Below are positions 1 through 11,980 of a stretch of 64,000 bases of DNA, one piece after another. The notes beneath the pieces are model-generated. The model saw only the letters and a list, made by a program, of their open reading frames with translations, was not told where the DNA came from and did not search any database. The position numbers were made by a program, and so were the translations under genes. Where the stretch lies: positions 4,650,001 to 4,714,000 of the forward strand of contig OZ361256.1 in assembly GCA_977018835.1 (NCBI GenBank). Direction: 5' to 3'. The DNA comes from Minutocellus sp. GHC0000111. Its lineage: Eukaryota. Numbering within the stretch: the first letter of the stretch is position 1; each line of letters begins with the position of its first letter.

Positions 1-291
1 GCTTGGTGACTTCTGCCCTCGCTCTTGCTTGTGTGGATGGATCGGATGGATTTGCAGATTTCGCGGTTACGGTGCTTTGGGTCTGTCCGTCACCATAAGT
101 CTATGTCTGTCCGTCGATCGCACACATGATGTGTTATCTCACAAGTCAAGATACGGACATACCGCGACCCACTGCTCTGGAAAGGAAGAGAAAAAGTAGA
201 CCAACACTACCGCCAGTCATCATCATCTGCGTGCCTGCTGCTGTCTGGCTCTATATTTACTTCCCGACCGATAATCAATCAATCCAAAACC

Positions 292-1428
292 ATGAACGAA
301 ACCTACTACTCGACCCTCCCCCCCTCCATCCGAACCAAGTTGGAGGCCGGGGCCTTTGCCTCCCTGCGCACGCACCTGCAGGACCGGTCCGATGCCGTCC
401 AGAACATCGACTTGATGACATTGAGTGGATTCTGCCGCAACTGCCTGGCCAAGTGGCTCGTGGTCGAGGCGCGCAAATTGTCGGCCGACCTCGAGATGGC
501 ATCGGATCCATCTGCAAATTATGCCCAGCTCATACAGGCCCTGGATGCACTGGGATACGACGAGACGGCCGAGCACGTGTACGGATGTGCGTATGGAGAA
601 TGGAAGAAGCGTCATGCCAAGAAGGCCACCGACGAGCAGATGGACAGGTACAACGCCAGCAAACCGTTGCATGCCGCCCATGATAAGGAACTGTTGGCCG
701 TCAAGGCCGAGAAGCCGACAGGTGATGAGGCTGTAGCATTAGCAGCAGCATCCAGTTCTCAACCGACAGGGGTGGCATCGCCAGCGCCTGATAACAATGC
801 GAAGAATCCGCTGTTGTCGGATGTGTGCTGCGAAGACGTGGAAGGTGCAGCGGCTTCAGCGGCCGTGTGCCTTCCGACAGCCTCCGCCAAGCCGGCGACC
901 GCAGTACCCCCACCGTCGGGCGACTTGTCGATCAACATTGGCATCCTCACCGTAAGCGATCGAGCGGCGGCTGGACAGTACGCGACTGGCGATCTGTCCG
1001 GCCCGGCCGTGGAGCAAAGTGTGGAATCACTTGTTGCTAACTTGAACAGTGGTGGTGGGAACATTTCGTACAATGTGTTGGACAAAGATATTGTCCCAGA
1101 CGATATGGAAGCCATTGCGACAAAATTGAAGGAATGGGCATCGTGCGATCTCATCTTTACCACCGGTGGGACGGGACTTAGTCCGCGAGATGTGACACCG
1201 GAAGCTACTCGGTCGGTGCTGGACAAGGAGAGCCATGGGCTGATGGCGTATGTAAGCTCGGAGTGCTCGGAGGGTCAGCCCTTGGCGGCCCTGTCCCGGG
1301 GTACGGCTGGAATGCGCGGCAACACGCTCATTGTCAACCTACCTGGCAGTCCGGCAGGTGTTCGACAAACGATGAATGTTCTGTTTCCCTTGCTGTTGCA
1401 TGCAGTGAGGGATATCAAGACGGCTTAG
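292..1428 (+). CDS. Fusion of N-terminal DUF1244-like domain and C-terminal molybdopterin adenylyltransferase (MogA/MoaB/Cnx1G-type) domain
   Basis: N-terminus LEAGAF..L..HL..R.D.VQNIDLM.LSGFCRNCLAKW...VYG..Y.EWK matches DUF1244. C-terminus has GILTVSDR, DLSGP, IVPDD, TTGGTGLSPRDVTPEAT, LSRG and LIVNLPGSP of the MoCF_biosynth family. Single intact ORF. Confidence 0.88.
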   Translation: MNETYYSTLPPSIRTKLEAGAFASLRTHLQDRSDAVQNIDLMTLSGFCRNCLAKWLVVEARKLSADLEMASDPSANYAQLIQALDALGYDETAEHVYGCAYGEWKKRHAKKATDEQMDRYNASKPLHAAHDKELLAVKAEKPTGDEAVALAAASSSQPTGVASPAPDNNAKNPLLSDVCCEDVEGAAASAAVCLPTASAKPATAVPPPSGDLSINIGILTVSDRAAAGQYATGDLSGPAVEQSVESLVANLNSGGGNISYNVLDKDIVPDDMEAIATKLKEWASCDLIFTTGGTGLSPRDVTPEATRSVLDKESHGLMAYVSSECSEGQPLAALSRGTAGMRGNTLIVNLPGSPAGVRQTMNVLFPLLLHAVRDIKTA

Positions 1429-1565
1429 GTTCGAATGAATCAGTTAGCGCATAGTACATATACAGCACATTACAGAAGAATAAGAATAAGTTGACTTCAT
1501 ACATATGAATAAATTAATGTTAACTACCGTCCCTCTTGTCCTCCAAATTACCTATCGTCACCACT

Positions 1566-4500
1566 CTACCCCGAAGCTACTTCTGCAGCAGCTAAGGCCA
1601 AATCTGACGACATTTGGAGTTGCATCATCGGCGATTTTTCGTCTTCAAATGTAATGGATCTCCGCCTCTCGGGCTCATCCGACTCTTCATTGCTTGGGTC
1701 TGCTCTCTCCATCGTGTCGAGGCTGTCCCGACTTGCCTGAGGCTCGAAGGTCGCCACTTCCGGCACCTTGCCAACATTTTCCACCACCTTGATGTACTCC
1801 CGTCCCTTCCTCGGCGTAGCACTGTTGATCCACCAGGTGCTCACCTGACCCTTGCCCTTGGCATGAACACCAGCAACTCCATTTTCTATTCGCTTCTCCA
1901 AGTCAAATTCATGGCCTTCCGCATCCGTCAACAATCGGTACGCATGTCCGAGCACTGTATCTTCATCTTGATCGATGTTGATTCCATTCTGCTTGCGAAG
2001 TTGACCGTGTCCCCCAACAATGTGAACTTTGGCATAGTCTTACCGACAACTCCAGCTACGACGGGTCCACTGGCCAAGCCTGCTCGAATACAAACGCGGG
2101 CACCATTCTTCGCTACTATAGATTCACAAACCTCCATTGCATCCAGTGCAAACAAGGCCACTTTCTCCGCACCGGTCCGCCCCAAACAGTTGTCCGGACC
2201 TCCTCCAATAACAATGTATGCGTCGCTGCGAGAAAAAAGGGGACATATTTCGATGGGGTTTGTTGGATGAGTGCACATACATTTGGCCTTTTGTTCGTAC
2301 TTCAAAGTATCGGTGCAAACAAAAACACAATAACTCCAACTCACCCGATCGTCTCAACTTTGTAAACTTTGTAAACTTTGTGCTTGATGACGAGGTCATC
2401 AAATTTGGAGTACATATCATTGAGCATGTCCATAACCTCCAAGGGACTCATCTCGCCCGACATTTTCGTGAATCCAACGATCATACCTCTGGACAACGGT
2501 CTCGCCTCTTCGAAGCTTCCTGACGACCATGGGAGGCATCACTTTGTAGAGCAAGACCTTCATATCCTTTTTGGCGACAAGAATCGTCATGAGCAGGAGC
2601 GAAATGGCCACCGATAGGATGACAACCAGCGCTGTGAGGCCCTTGAGCCAGGGAGCAGCAAAGCCCTCCGAATAGCCCACGGTCATTTGCCAAATGTTAT
2701 TCGTAGTGTCGAGATCCACTGACACACTGTTTTTGGGTCCAAGAACACTCGAGTAAGCTGATTCGGCGATAGTTGCGACCTAAGTACGAGAGAGTAAAGG
2801 ATATAAGATTAGATCATAATGCCCAAGGAAATGTGAAGATGAGTGCACAAATCCAAGCCAAGTCAAACCAAACAAGGGTACCCTTCTAGAACCCTCGTCG
2901 ACAACTTACTTTCTCATAGGGCAAACCTGTATCAGGATCCGTCTTGATGTCTGTGCGGGTCAGTCGATATTCCAGACCTTCTTTTTTGAACATTTCGTCA
3001 ATACCAGATTTTTCCTTCAGAGCAGCCCAGTTTAGCAGGATTACGGCAAATCCCCAGCAGGGATAATCGACACCATCCAACGCAATGGTATATCCCTCCA
3101 TGTTGATGGCAAGCCGGGCGATAAAGGCTTCTTGCACCACAGGCACATCGCCTTGGATCAGCGTAAGAGGTCCAGCAATCACAACGCCATCAGCGGGAAC
3201 AGTAGCTCTGGCAATGGCGACGCGATTGGGATCATTCAAGAGGTCATGGCCGACGGCGCCGGTATTGTTCATGACGATGCCATCCTCAAAGTCCTCCGTG
3301 TTGACCAACGGATGGAGTAGACAAACGACCGAGGCTGGGGCCAGCTGAATATTGACCAAAATTCCCTCCATGCCGGCATCCTTCTTGACATTGGCGGCAA
3401 TCTCGTTGAAAACCTTGCTCGTCTCGGGGTCATCGCAGATGCCTGACACATTGCGATGGGAGATCTCCTTGCCAACAAGAGGCGGAGCGGAGCCCACAGC
3501 TCCGCGCGGGCCAATCTCGTACGGGAGCTTCTTGAAATCATCGAGGTGCTTGACAAACTGGGACATGGCAAACAGTGGGAGGAGGGCCTCGTCAAGCTGG
3601 CTGGAAATCCACAGTCCCAACTCGTTGGCGGTGTCGACGGCATCGTCCTCGAGCTGGGCCGAATAGGCATTTGCCAGAGCATTGATGGTAACCAGACCGG
3701 CCGTGAGGAGGACGGCCAGTGTAAGGAGGGTGGCACCGATGATCCACGGGTCACGAAGGGCGGTGCCGAAGGTGTGGCTCACTGATTTGGTGCAGGATTT
3801 GGCCTCGTTCTTAACGCCGTCTCCTACTCCGTGATCATCATCTCCGAGGTCACTGATGCTGGCCCACATATCATTCTTCGGTGGCGATGGAGATTTCGAG
3901 TTGGTTTTGTGAGAGATGTGATGAAACCAATGTATAAGTCAAAACCACAAAGTCTCTTGGAATAAATAACGTGAGAAGTGCATGTGGTCTCTACTTACCT
4001 CCCCCAAGACAAAAGGGCGGAACTCCGCCGGGACGCCGTCGAGCTCCTCCGGCTGCGGGTGTCGTCGACGTCGGAATTGCGCTGGCTGCAGACGCTCCCC
4101 TCATTGCTCAAACGCCGCTGCATCCGGGCGATGAGGCCGCTCCCCCTCCGATGGGACTTTCCGTTCGAGCTCACGCTGGCCCGGCGGGACGATGTGTCGG
4201 ATCCAGCCCCGGACGACCGGCGGGACGAGTGCGACGTGGCCGAGTAGGAGTGCTCCGACAGGCCGGAGATGCGATTGGCGGCGATGGCCACCGCCGCGGC
4301 CGTGTCGGGGAGTGCATCTTCCCCCTTGCTGTTGCTGGCGCTGCCGGCAAGATCTTCGGAAGTTCCGGAATATCGCCGCGTCTTGTTCGGACGGAGGGCC
4401 GACGGAGGCATTTTGGCATCACTGTACGATGCCGGATCTCCGTCCGCATCGCCTCTGCTGGACGTCTCTCCCACGATGGCACCGGAGGCAATTTCTTGAG

Positions 4501-4693
4501 CCGACGGGGCAGACGACGCGGCAGTAGAAGCCGATGCAGTCACGGCTACCGGATTGGTGTCTGTGACCTCCATCTTATTATTACGAGTATGGCCCGCATC
4601 TTCGCTTGGCTGCTTCGTGTCACCCACGTTGTCAAAGACATGACCGGACGGATCCTTCGGCGCCGCCTCCGGCTCGCTGCTGCTGTTGGTCAT
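1566..4693 (-). pseudogene. Membrane adenylate/guanylate cyclase (TM-CHASE-like sensor-TM-class III cyclase), disrupted as assembled
   Basis: Sensor motifs NIQLAP, GHDLL.DP.R, IAGPL.L.QG. Cyclase motifs IVGFT, KVETIGDAY, IRAGLASGPVVAGVVG..MPKFTLLGDTVNFASRMES, KGKG. Introns 2909-2780 and 2344-2226 restore the frame (ETIG|DAY); a further donor lies at 3998 with an uncertain acceptor. Lesions: frameshifting deletion at ~2481 removing the usual VTIFFSD, 9-nt duplication at ~2358-2378 (KVYKVYKV), 1-nt frameshift at ~1943. Confidence 0.85.
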
Positions 4694-5122
4694 GATGAAA
4701 TTCTCTGATTGTATTCGTCTACGATCGTGCAATTTCCGTGGAGCTATTGCACGGGATATCCAATTGAAATCGGTCTTATCAAAAACTGGGCCTGAGCGAG
4801 GAGCTCTTCGCTTCCGAGTTTCCTGCCGCGCGGCAGCAGCTATAGTAGTGCGGACCGAAATGTCCAGACGCATGCGAACTTCAATGTTGATCAGATCACA
4901 CTCGAAACAGTCATGTATCATTTACTCGAAACACCTTTTGTGCCTGCCGATGTGTGGTCCGCCCGTTGCTCGTCGCCCTTGCCAGCTTGCCAGCAGATAC
5001 TAGTAGATGTGCTTGTTGAGTTGCTCAAGGCCAGGCGTAGTAGAGAAGCCGCTTGCCGCCGGCACTTCGGCGGCATTGATAACTGTTGGACGGGGCGAGG
5101 GTCGGTCACAGTTTGCTTTCCT

Positions 5123-6349
5123 ATGGGCGTGAAGAAATTGTTCCGCGGCGGCGGTGCCAAACCGTCCGCTGGCGCGCCAGCAGAAGCAGCAGGTGCCGAC
5201 CACGACGAAGCGGCAAGCATCGGAATTACCTCGGTCGAGTACAGCACGAACGCCAACTACTCCGACTTGGTGTCGCCCATGAAGGGACCGTCGTTTGCTG
5301 AATCCGGGACAAAAGCAACCGGCAAAGGGAAGGCCGGTTGGTCAGCCGGAATTCGGAAGCGTCTCACATCCAAAAAGAAGGGCTCGTCATCGTCGGAATC
5401 GTTGGGAACCTCGGTGGCATCTGATTCGCCTCGAAATGCTGTGATGAATCCAGGGGAAGGCCCGACGAATAATGTCAACGCTACCGCAGCTGCTACTAGC
5501 ACGACCAACGTGGGAAGATCTGTCAAATTTGCCGACGAGGGTTCTGTGGATGCTCCGCTGCACACCACGAAATTGATCGAAAGCGCAACTGGCACAACCA
5601 ATGGAGCACGTGTTGCTGGCAGGGCTCGGGCCAAGTCCGTCCAACCTTCCCCGGGAGAAGGATATGCCGGCTTTCCACCCACCAGTCTTACCGAGGCGGA
5701 GCAGTACTATCGCCGTGTGCTGATCATGCTCCTGTCGCCGGAAACACAGGAATTTGAGATCGTTGCGTTGTACTACGACACGCGAGAGCGGACGGGACTT
5801 TCCAATATTATCCACAAGATACCCAAGGTTGCAACGTCGAAATGCTTCTCGGACAAGGCAAGGTCTCGGATGCGCTACCGCGGTCTCACCAGAGTTCAGA
5901 GGAGGACCAGTGCCTCCCGTAGATCCACAGAGCCTGGGGAGGAACTCATCTCCGTGCTCAGCTTGGCGGACTACGACATTCAACCTGATGAGATGCTGGT
6001 GGCCATCCCCAAAGGGTTTGAGGGGAGGGTCATTGCACCTATGGCAGCATCGCTTCTGGCCGATGGGCGTGTTCAGAAGCTGGTGAATCGCATCGTACGG
6101 ACCAACAAGTTGCCTCCTCCTCCCACGCTGTATGGAAGGATTCGCAAGGCTATCGTCCGATCCAAGCGCAAGCTGAAGCGTCGAATTGGTAAGGGCGGTA
6201 TTGGCACAAAGCTTATGGGAAGCTTTGTGCTTGTGCTCATCTTGATCATTTTGGCACATTTTCTTGCCCCTTCACTATCTCATCTACCAGCAAAGGTTCG
6301 AGAGATCGAAGTGGTGTTCGGAAAAGTCATTGAAGCATGTTGGGAATAG
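5123..6349 (+). CDS. Hypothetical protein: low-complexity N-terminus, globular ~140 aa domain, C-terminal TM anchor
   Basis: Long ORF; probable start MGVKKLF at 5123; ordered segment RRVLIMLLSP...EMLVAIP; hydrophobic LMGSFVLVLILIILAHFL near the end. Confidence 0.65.
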   Translation: MGVKKLFRGGGAKPSAGAPAEAAGADHDEAASIGITSVEYSTNANYSDLVSPMKGPSFAESGTKATGKGKAGWSAGIRKRLTSKKKGSSSSESLGTSVASDSPRNAVMNPGEGPTNNVNATAAATSTTNVGRSVKFADEGSVDAPLHTTKLIESATGTTNGARVAGRARAKSVQPSPGEGYAGFPPTSLTEAEQYYRRVLIMLLSPETQEFEIVALYYDTRERTGLSNIIHKIPKVATSKCFSDKARSRMRYRGLTRVQRRTSASRRSTEPGEELISVLSLADYDIQPDEMLVAIPKGFEGRVIAPMAASLLADGRVQKLVNRIVRTNKLPPPPTLYGRIRKAIVRSKRKLKRRIGKGGIGTKLMGSFVLVLILIILAHFLAPSLSHLPAKVREIEVVFGKVIEACWE

Positions 6350-6531
6350 GCAGACATATTTAACTTTTAACAACTTACTCATACATATTACAAATCAGCA
6401 AAGAATGTCATTAGTAGGCGAGTTAGGTGATCGTTGGAACGAATCCTAACGGTCAAAATCCCAGCGAACTACTAACGACGAACAGACCATCCTGCTGGGA
6501 GCAGAGCTCAACCAAGCAGGCCTACATGTAT

Positions 6532-8278
6532 CTATTGAGATTTTGCCCATGATAAAAACAATTGCGATAGATCTGAATGGAGCTTCAAAATTGACTGCAC
6601 TTGCCTTGAAGGGGCAAGCATCTTGTATGTACAGCCGCCGCACTGACTCGGCACAAGAACGGAGGAATAGGTGTCGCCAGCCGGCAAAGCGTAGGATGGT
6701 CTCCCATAGAATGCAAACATGGGCTCGCCTGGCATATCGGTAGCATCGACGCCCCCAAAGTTTATTTCCCAGAGTGGAAATTGGCGCCAGCTTGTACTTG
6801 AGAAACACGATCCTTGGCTTTGAGCATGAGCTGCGTTTCCCGATTGTGAGAGGGCAAGTAACGCAGGCATATCTGCCATTCTCGATTGCAACGCATTACG
6901 AATTGCCAAAGCGGCATCGCCAACTTCCTCCATGCTGATCGTTTGATCAATGGACCGTGGAAGCTCGGCCACGATACTCGTGAGAGCATTCCCAAATGTA
7001 CCATCCGAGCCAGCACCATCGCGCACACTACTGAAATCGTCGACCCCTCCTTGACCATCGACCTGTCCGCGGTTCCGTAGATTGACAACCATGCTAATAT
7101 TCCACTCCTTTTCAGTGCTGACATGCCTCTTAATCATCCATCCAAACGCAGTAATCATATCATTTGTTGATACGAACGGTGCTTCGAGCTTGCGTTCTTC
7201 TCCGTTAGGACGTGGAAGCAACTCACAGTGGTCCATGCCAAACCATTTCATGGCTTGCAATAATTCTTGAGAAAAGTGTAGTCTCACATATTCATGCTGT
7301 TCCGATATTGGCACATCAGTCTTGCATTTGCTATTGTTTCTTTCATCCCTGTCGCTTGTCTGCTTACTCATCCCCAATGTAGTCTTGATATATTCAAAGG
7401 CACCGAAAAACGATTCAGGCGTTTGGCCTGAATTTCCATCCTTCTGTATCTCAGCCCCAAGATTCAGCGCATCTGCCATTTCCAAGCTCACCATCCCAGT
7501 CAGAGTTGCGCTAGCACGGTCGTTCGATGCGCCAACGGGATGGTCCAGGCCTCTCATTTCTCGCCCCCAGGCCTGAGCGATTCGAAAGCAACTGCTTGCG
7601 TCACCTAAGAGGTGGGATATGTTGACCCCAACCGCAGTTCCTCCGCCAGCAAAAGTATGTGATGCGAGCAGTTGCCAAGCCCTCAGTTTCATTTGCCTCT
7701 GCTTGCTCAGTCTTGGACATTGAGTCAAAATCAGCCCTTCTATTCGATACAAGATCATCAAATAGAGGCGAAAGAACAGGAGCTCCACCTCCTTCATACC
7801 AATCGTCATGTTGTAATTCTCCACTTTTCTTTGATTCGATCCATTCTTCTAGTGTGTCCTTGCTTCCACCAAAAGACATGGTGACACTGTCTCCTTTTGA
7901 ACACTGCAATGTTGGTATTTTCCCAGCTGTAAAGTCCTTTTGCGAGCCGAGTATTGGGTAGCGCCGAAGTATCTCGCCGAAGGAATCGATGAGGCGCTGA
8001 GAGTCAAGTGTTTCCCTGAAGACGTAAGCGAAAGGTAGCTGTTCATCCTTCAGATACACGTCGCTAAGGGTCAGCGGGACAGTAAAGGGCTCTGCGACAG
8101 AAGTTGAGATGTATTGCCGTGGTCGTATTCTACCGATTCTGCTGTTAGTTGCATGGCCAAAATTCTTTCCCCCTACTTTCACTTCTTGCCTCAATGTCGT
8201 TGCGAGCAGACGGCGCTTGATGCCGCCGGTACGGCCGGTGACAACATTTTCCGAGGCAAGTAGTCTCACACGGAACAT
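6532..8278 (-). pseudogene. HXXXD (BAHD/CoA-dependent) acyltransferase with a 1-nt frameshift
   Basis: HLLGD catalytic motif, FVSTND, VVNLRNR, FGNAL, and EINFGG (DFGWG-like). ORFs 7601-8428 and 6532-7824 join if one base is removed from the T4 run (minus strand) at 7651-7654, giving ITYF-AGGGTAVG. May be a homopolymer sequencing error. Confidence 0.75.
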
Positions 8279-8400
8279 TGTCGTCGGGATGAAGTGAGCT
8301 ATGCCGGTGGGTATTGTTATGACATCGTTTTCTCTGGCGGGGGCATGGACAGACGACCGACGCGACCGCGAGCGAGCACGCGCACGCGGCGAATGAGAGA

Positions 8401-9936
8401 ATGAGGTCAAAAGCGGGCCAAGACGCAAGAAGTATGTCGGGGAAGATGTCCAAAGCCAAGCTTAGTAGTGAGAAAATAGCGCGGCCACGGGGCCCAAAGA
8501 AGAAGGTGCTGATCCTCGACCTCGACGGGTCAGGCCTCTCACTGGGCTTTTGGCCAAGGCGCTTTGAAGGAGGCGACGAGGTCGAGGAAGCAGACGAGGA
8601 GAGCGATACCTTCCCACGTCGATCAAATTCTACCATCAAGATACTCAGCACGTACGATCTCGATAAGGTATGGAAAGAGATCTTGAACGGAGAATATCAT
8701 GCCATTGTCGTTATCGATCTCCCCGCTAATGAAACCGAGAACGACATTCCACAGCCTTTGGAGGGCGTCCTTCGCCTATTCGTCGAACTTGGTGGCGCTA
8801 TTGCCTTCTGTGGGCCGGAAGGAGGGCATAACATTGAACATATGAATCGAATTTTTAAGGGCACTGAGATCGCCAATTGGAAAGCGACGTCTTAATACCG
8901 CTCCCTGTGGGGACCGTGCGACGAGGATGCCGTGACCGATGTATTTGGCCAAGCAGCCAACGAAATGAGATTTAGTGTGAAAGCAACCTCAATTCAGGGT
9001 GTTCGGCCTGAGCTGCGGTGTTTCGGTCTTGTCCCTAGAGAGTCAAAGAACGAGGTCTGGCAAAGAGAGCGAATCCGCCCTGGCGATCCCGAAGAGGACT
9101 TTGATTGTTGCATCGCTGTGCATGAGATGAATTGGACTGGCCCAGGCATTGTAGGATATTTTGGAGATCATAATCTTGAAGACGTCACTGTCGATTTGAT
9201 TGCTGACTTTGTGAGGAATGCTGATGGTAGAAAGGCGGTAAAGATGGCAATCGATGTTGACCAGAAGTTCTATCAAGCCGCTTTAAAATTGAAGGATGGT
9301 GGGAAAAAATATTTCCTCGAAAAGAAATACGAAAAGGCAATTGAAAAGTATGACCGAGCCCTGCACAAATTTGCCCGGGCAATGAATCAACCTAAAGAAT
9401 AATTAGGAGACGACCTGTCACCGTTGATGCAGCGTGTGAAAGAGTTTCAAGCTGACCATGGATATGATTCTGAAGACGAAGAGGAGGACTATTTCGCAGA
9501 TTATTACCTTATGCCAATGGAAGAACGTCTCGTTTACCACAGTGGCTTATCTTCCTTTGGTAACCCAATCCAGCTGTGCACCAAGGCAAATGCATTTGCA
9601 GGGGTTCATAGAGACGAAATCGTGAAAATTCTGTCAAATAAATCCGAGTGTTTGCTCCGTCTCAAAATGTATGAAGAAGCGAGTTGGTCGGCGACACAAG
9701 CTCTTGCCTTGGATCCGAGGCACGAGAAAAGTTTAGTTAGGAATGCCAAAGCATGTTTGTATATGAAGAATCGCACTGGCTTGTTTGTGTCTCAGGCCTA
9801 CTTTGATCTGCGAAAGGCAGTAGCCATCAATGGGAAAGGTGCCCTGGAAGCTCGAAAGTTGTTAATGGAAGTGACGGCGATAATGGATAAAAGGCAAGCT
9901 AAATATGGTGGGATAGAACTGACTGATCATTTTTAG
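8401..9936 (+). pseudogene. TPR-containing protein interrupted by two in-frame TAA stops
   Basis: ORFs 8401-8895, 8932-9402 and 9424-9936 share one frame, separated only by TAA at 8893-8895 and 9400-9402. TPR-like helices ALKLKDGGKKYF...YEKAIEKYDRAL and ILSNKSECLLRL..YEEA...ATQALALDP.HEKSLVR.AKA. Confidence 0.7.
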
Positions 9937-11980
9937 GCTGCATGGGGATACTCGCACGCGATGTCGACTTCATAGTGCTTGCGCTCGACTGTTAAATTAA
10001 CTATGAATAGCAATGAGTAGCTTTCTTCCGTTGCACATCTGCTAAGTAGATATATTGCCATGTATTCCGAGACGTTTGTGGTAAAAACCCATGAATGTCT
10101 TTTCAGGAGCCCACTGCATATATATTAGCGCTAGCTAGATAAGGCACCACTGCAAAATTTCCAGTAAATATTAGTTGTCTCATTGTCGCTCTTTGATTTC
10201 CCACACGATTCCACAATGTAAAAAGATCCGCCCCAGTTGACGGCAAAATGGCCTGGGCACATGCAAGGAGCACATACATTCGTGGGTCTGAGCATCGAAA
10301 CACGCCGCCATGACGACCAGAGACATCTGGCGATTCTTCAAGATGTAGGGACTGCAAGCCGATATATGTCCGGCCCATGGTTGACAATTACCCTTATGCT
10401 TGACAAATTATCCCGAGGGCACTCAGGAGAACGCCCAACGATTGGAAGATGGGCCAAGCAAGTCAAGTCATGTCGCAAGTCGACGATAAGTAGCAATGAC
10501 AAAAAGTCGTCGGGAGATGCTGCAACGGCGAAAACATTCGAACGGCGCCTACTTGAGCAGCTTGCTAGGCATGATTAGCCAGCCCACTTATGTGCCCGGT
10601 CAGCACATCCACTGTGTGTGATTCGCGGCATTATGTATTCTTTTTGCTCGCTTTGCTCTCTTTCCCAGCAAGTGTGCAGAACAGGGATGACGAGAATGAT
10701 GATTCGAGAAATGACAATCCAATGACCCAAATGACCTCATGGCGTGGCGATGGGATTGAGTAAAAGCATGATTAGTAAGAAACATTTATTGAAATAATTT
10801 CTTCTTCAAATAATTTTACAAGCATAACATTTTTCAAAAATGTTAACTGCACAAAAACACTTCTTCCTTATGAGACACCCCAGCATCCACTGATTCATTC
10901 TCGTCAGATTGCAACAGCAGCACATACCACATCATCTTCAGGGGAAACAAAGGGAAATAGAACGAAAGCCAAACGAATACAATACCACAATAATGAACTT
11001 GCGAAAACGATCGAGCGAGACCAACGCCGCCCGGTTCGTCACCGGAGGATACGCCGGAACGGAGAACGCGCGACGCCAAATGCATCAAATATTCCTGGTT
11101 CTTATTGCCAATACTGCTGGGCGGTCTCTTGGTGTTGGCCCTCCATCCGACGTGGGTGATCAACCCGGTGAGTCTCGTTGGGAGATATTTTTATATGGTC
11201 GGGTGTGGGGAGATGTTGCGGAGCCGATGGGGGGGTTGGTTAGGTGATGGACACATCGATGCGGGTGCATTCACCGCTCGAACGAGGGATACCGTTCCGA
11301 CCGCCATGGCATTACATTCGAGAACCGGGATCAAGTTATGGACATTTCTGGTCCCGTTTTATTGGAAGCGTCTTACCTTCGTCGGGCATCCAGTCAGCCG
11401 ACGTTCGCGGTTCCGCTTGCTTTTTCGTGCGCGGTCATTGACGCTGGTTGTCAGCCTCACGCATAAAGCAATCAACGGGCCGAGGGAAGCATCAATCCCA
11501 GCCGTTCATTCGCTAATCACAAACAATAACCATGGCGGTGAGATATCTTTCGGGCGGCGCTGGAATATTATCATCAGGAGATGAGGTATCGGAAGGCGAA
11601 CGACCCCGCGTGCATTTTCGTCGGGTGGGCCCCCGCTTCCAACCGGCGGAGTGACAACCGCCGGAGGACGCAAATGCAAATGCAGATCCCGACGTGGAAG
11701 CTGACGAATCTTCCTCCCGAGGAATTGTGCAATGCATCTACCATTGGATATATGTGGCAGATAATGCGGGTATTCGGCTCGGTTGTGGCGCAGTGACCCC
11801 CGGATCATTAATTGGCACGACATGCGCTCGTTTTTCGTCGCGGCGGTTGCGCCAACAACATTACCAGATTTCGGGTTGTGCTGGGCCTTTCAAGGACATC
11901 AAGTTTCCAGTCCATTTATTTGTGCACACCGATACTCACAAACACACATTTTTATAATTCCTACACCTCACCTCACAAAA

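Noticed and set aside
8893..9402. In-frame TAA codons (and the TGA at 33976) as stop-codon reassignment, readthrough or selenocysteine
   Set aside because: Intact neighbours terminate normally at TAA (PPase, Lhcf) and TGA (CAT). The TGA lies in a Ser/Pro tract (TCA->TGA). Point mutation or error is simpler.
10992..11584. Possible small membrane-protein gene (…LLGGLLVLALHPTW…)
   Set aside because: Needs a frameshift and has no recognisable motif; cannot be supported from sequence alone.
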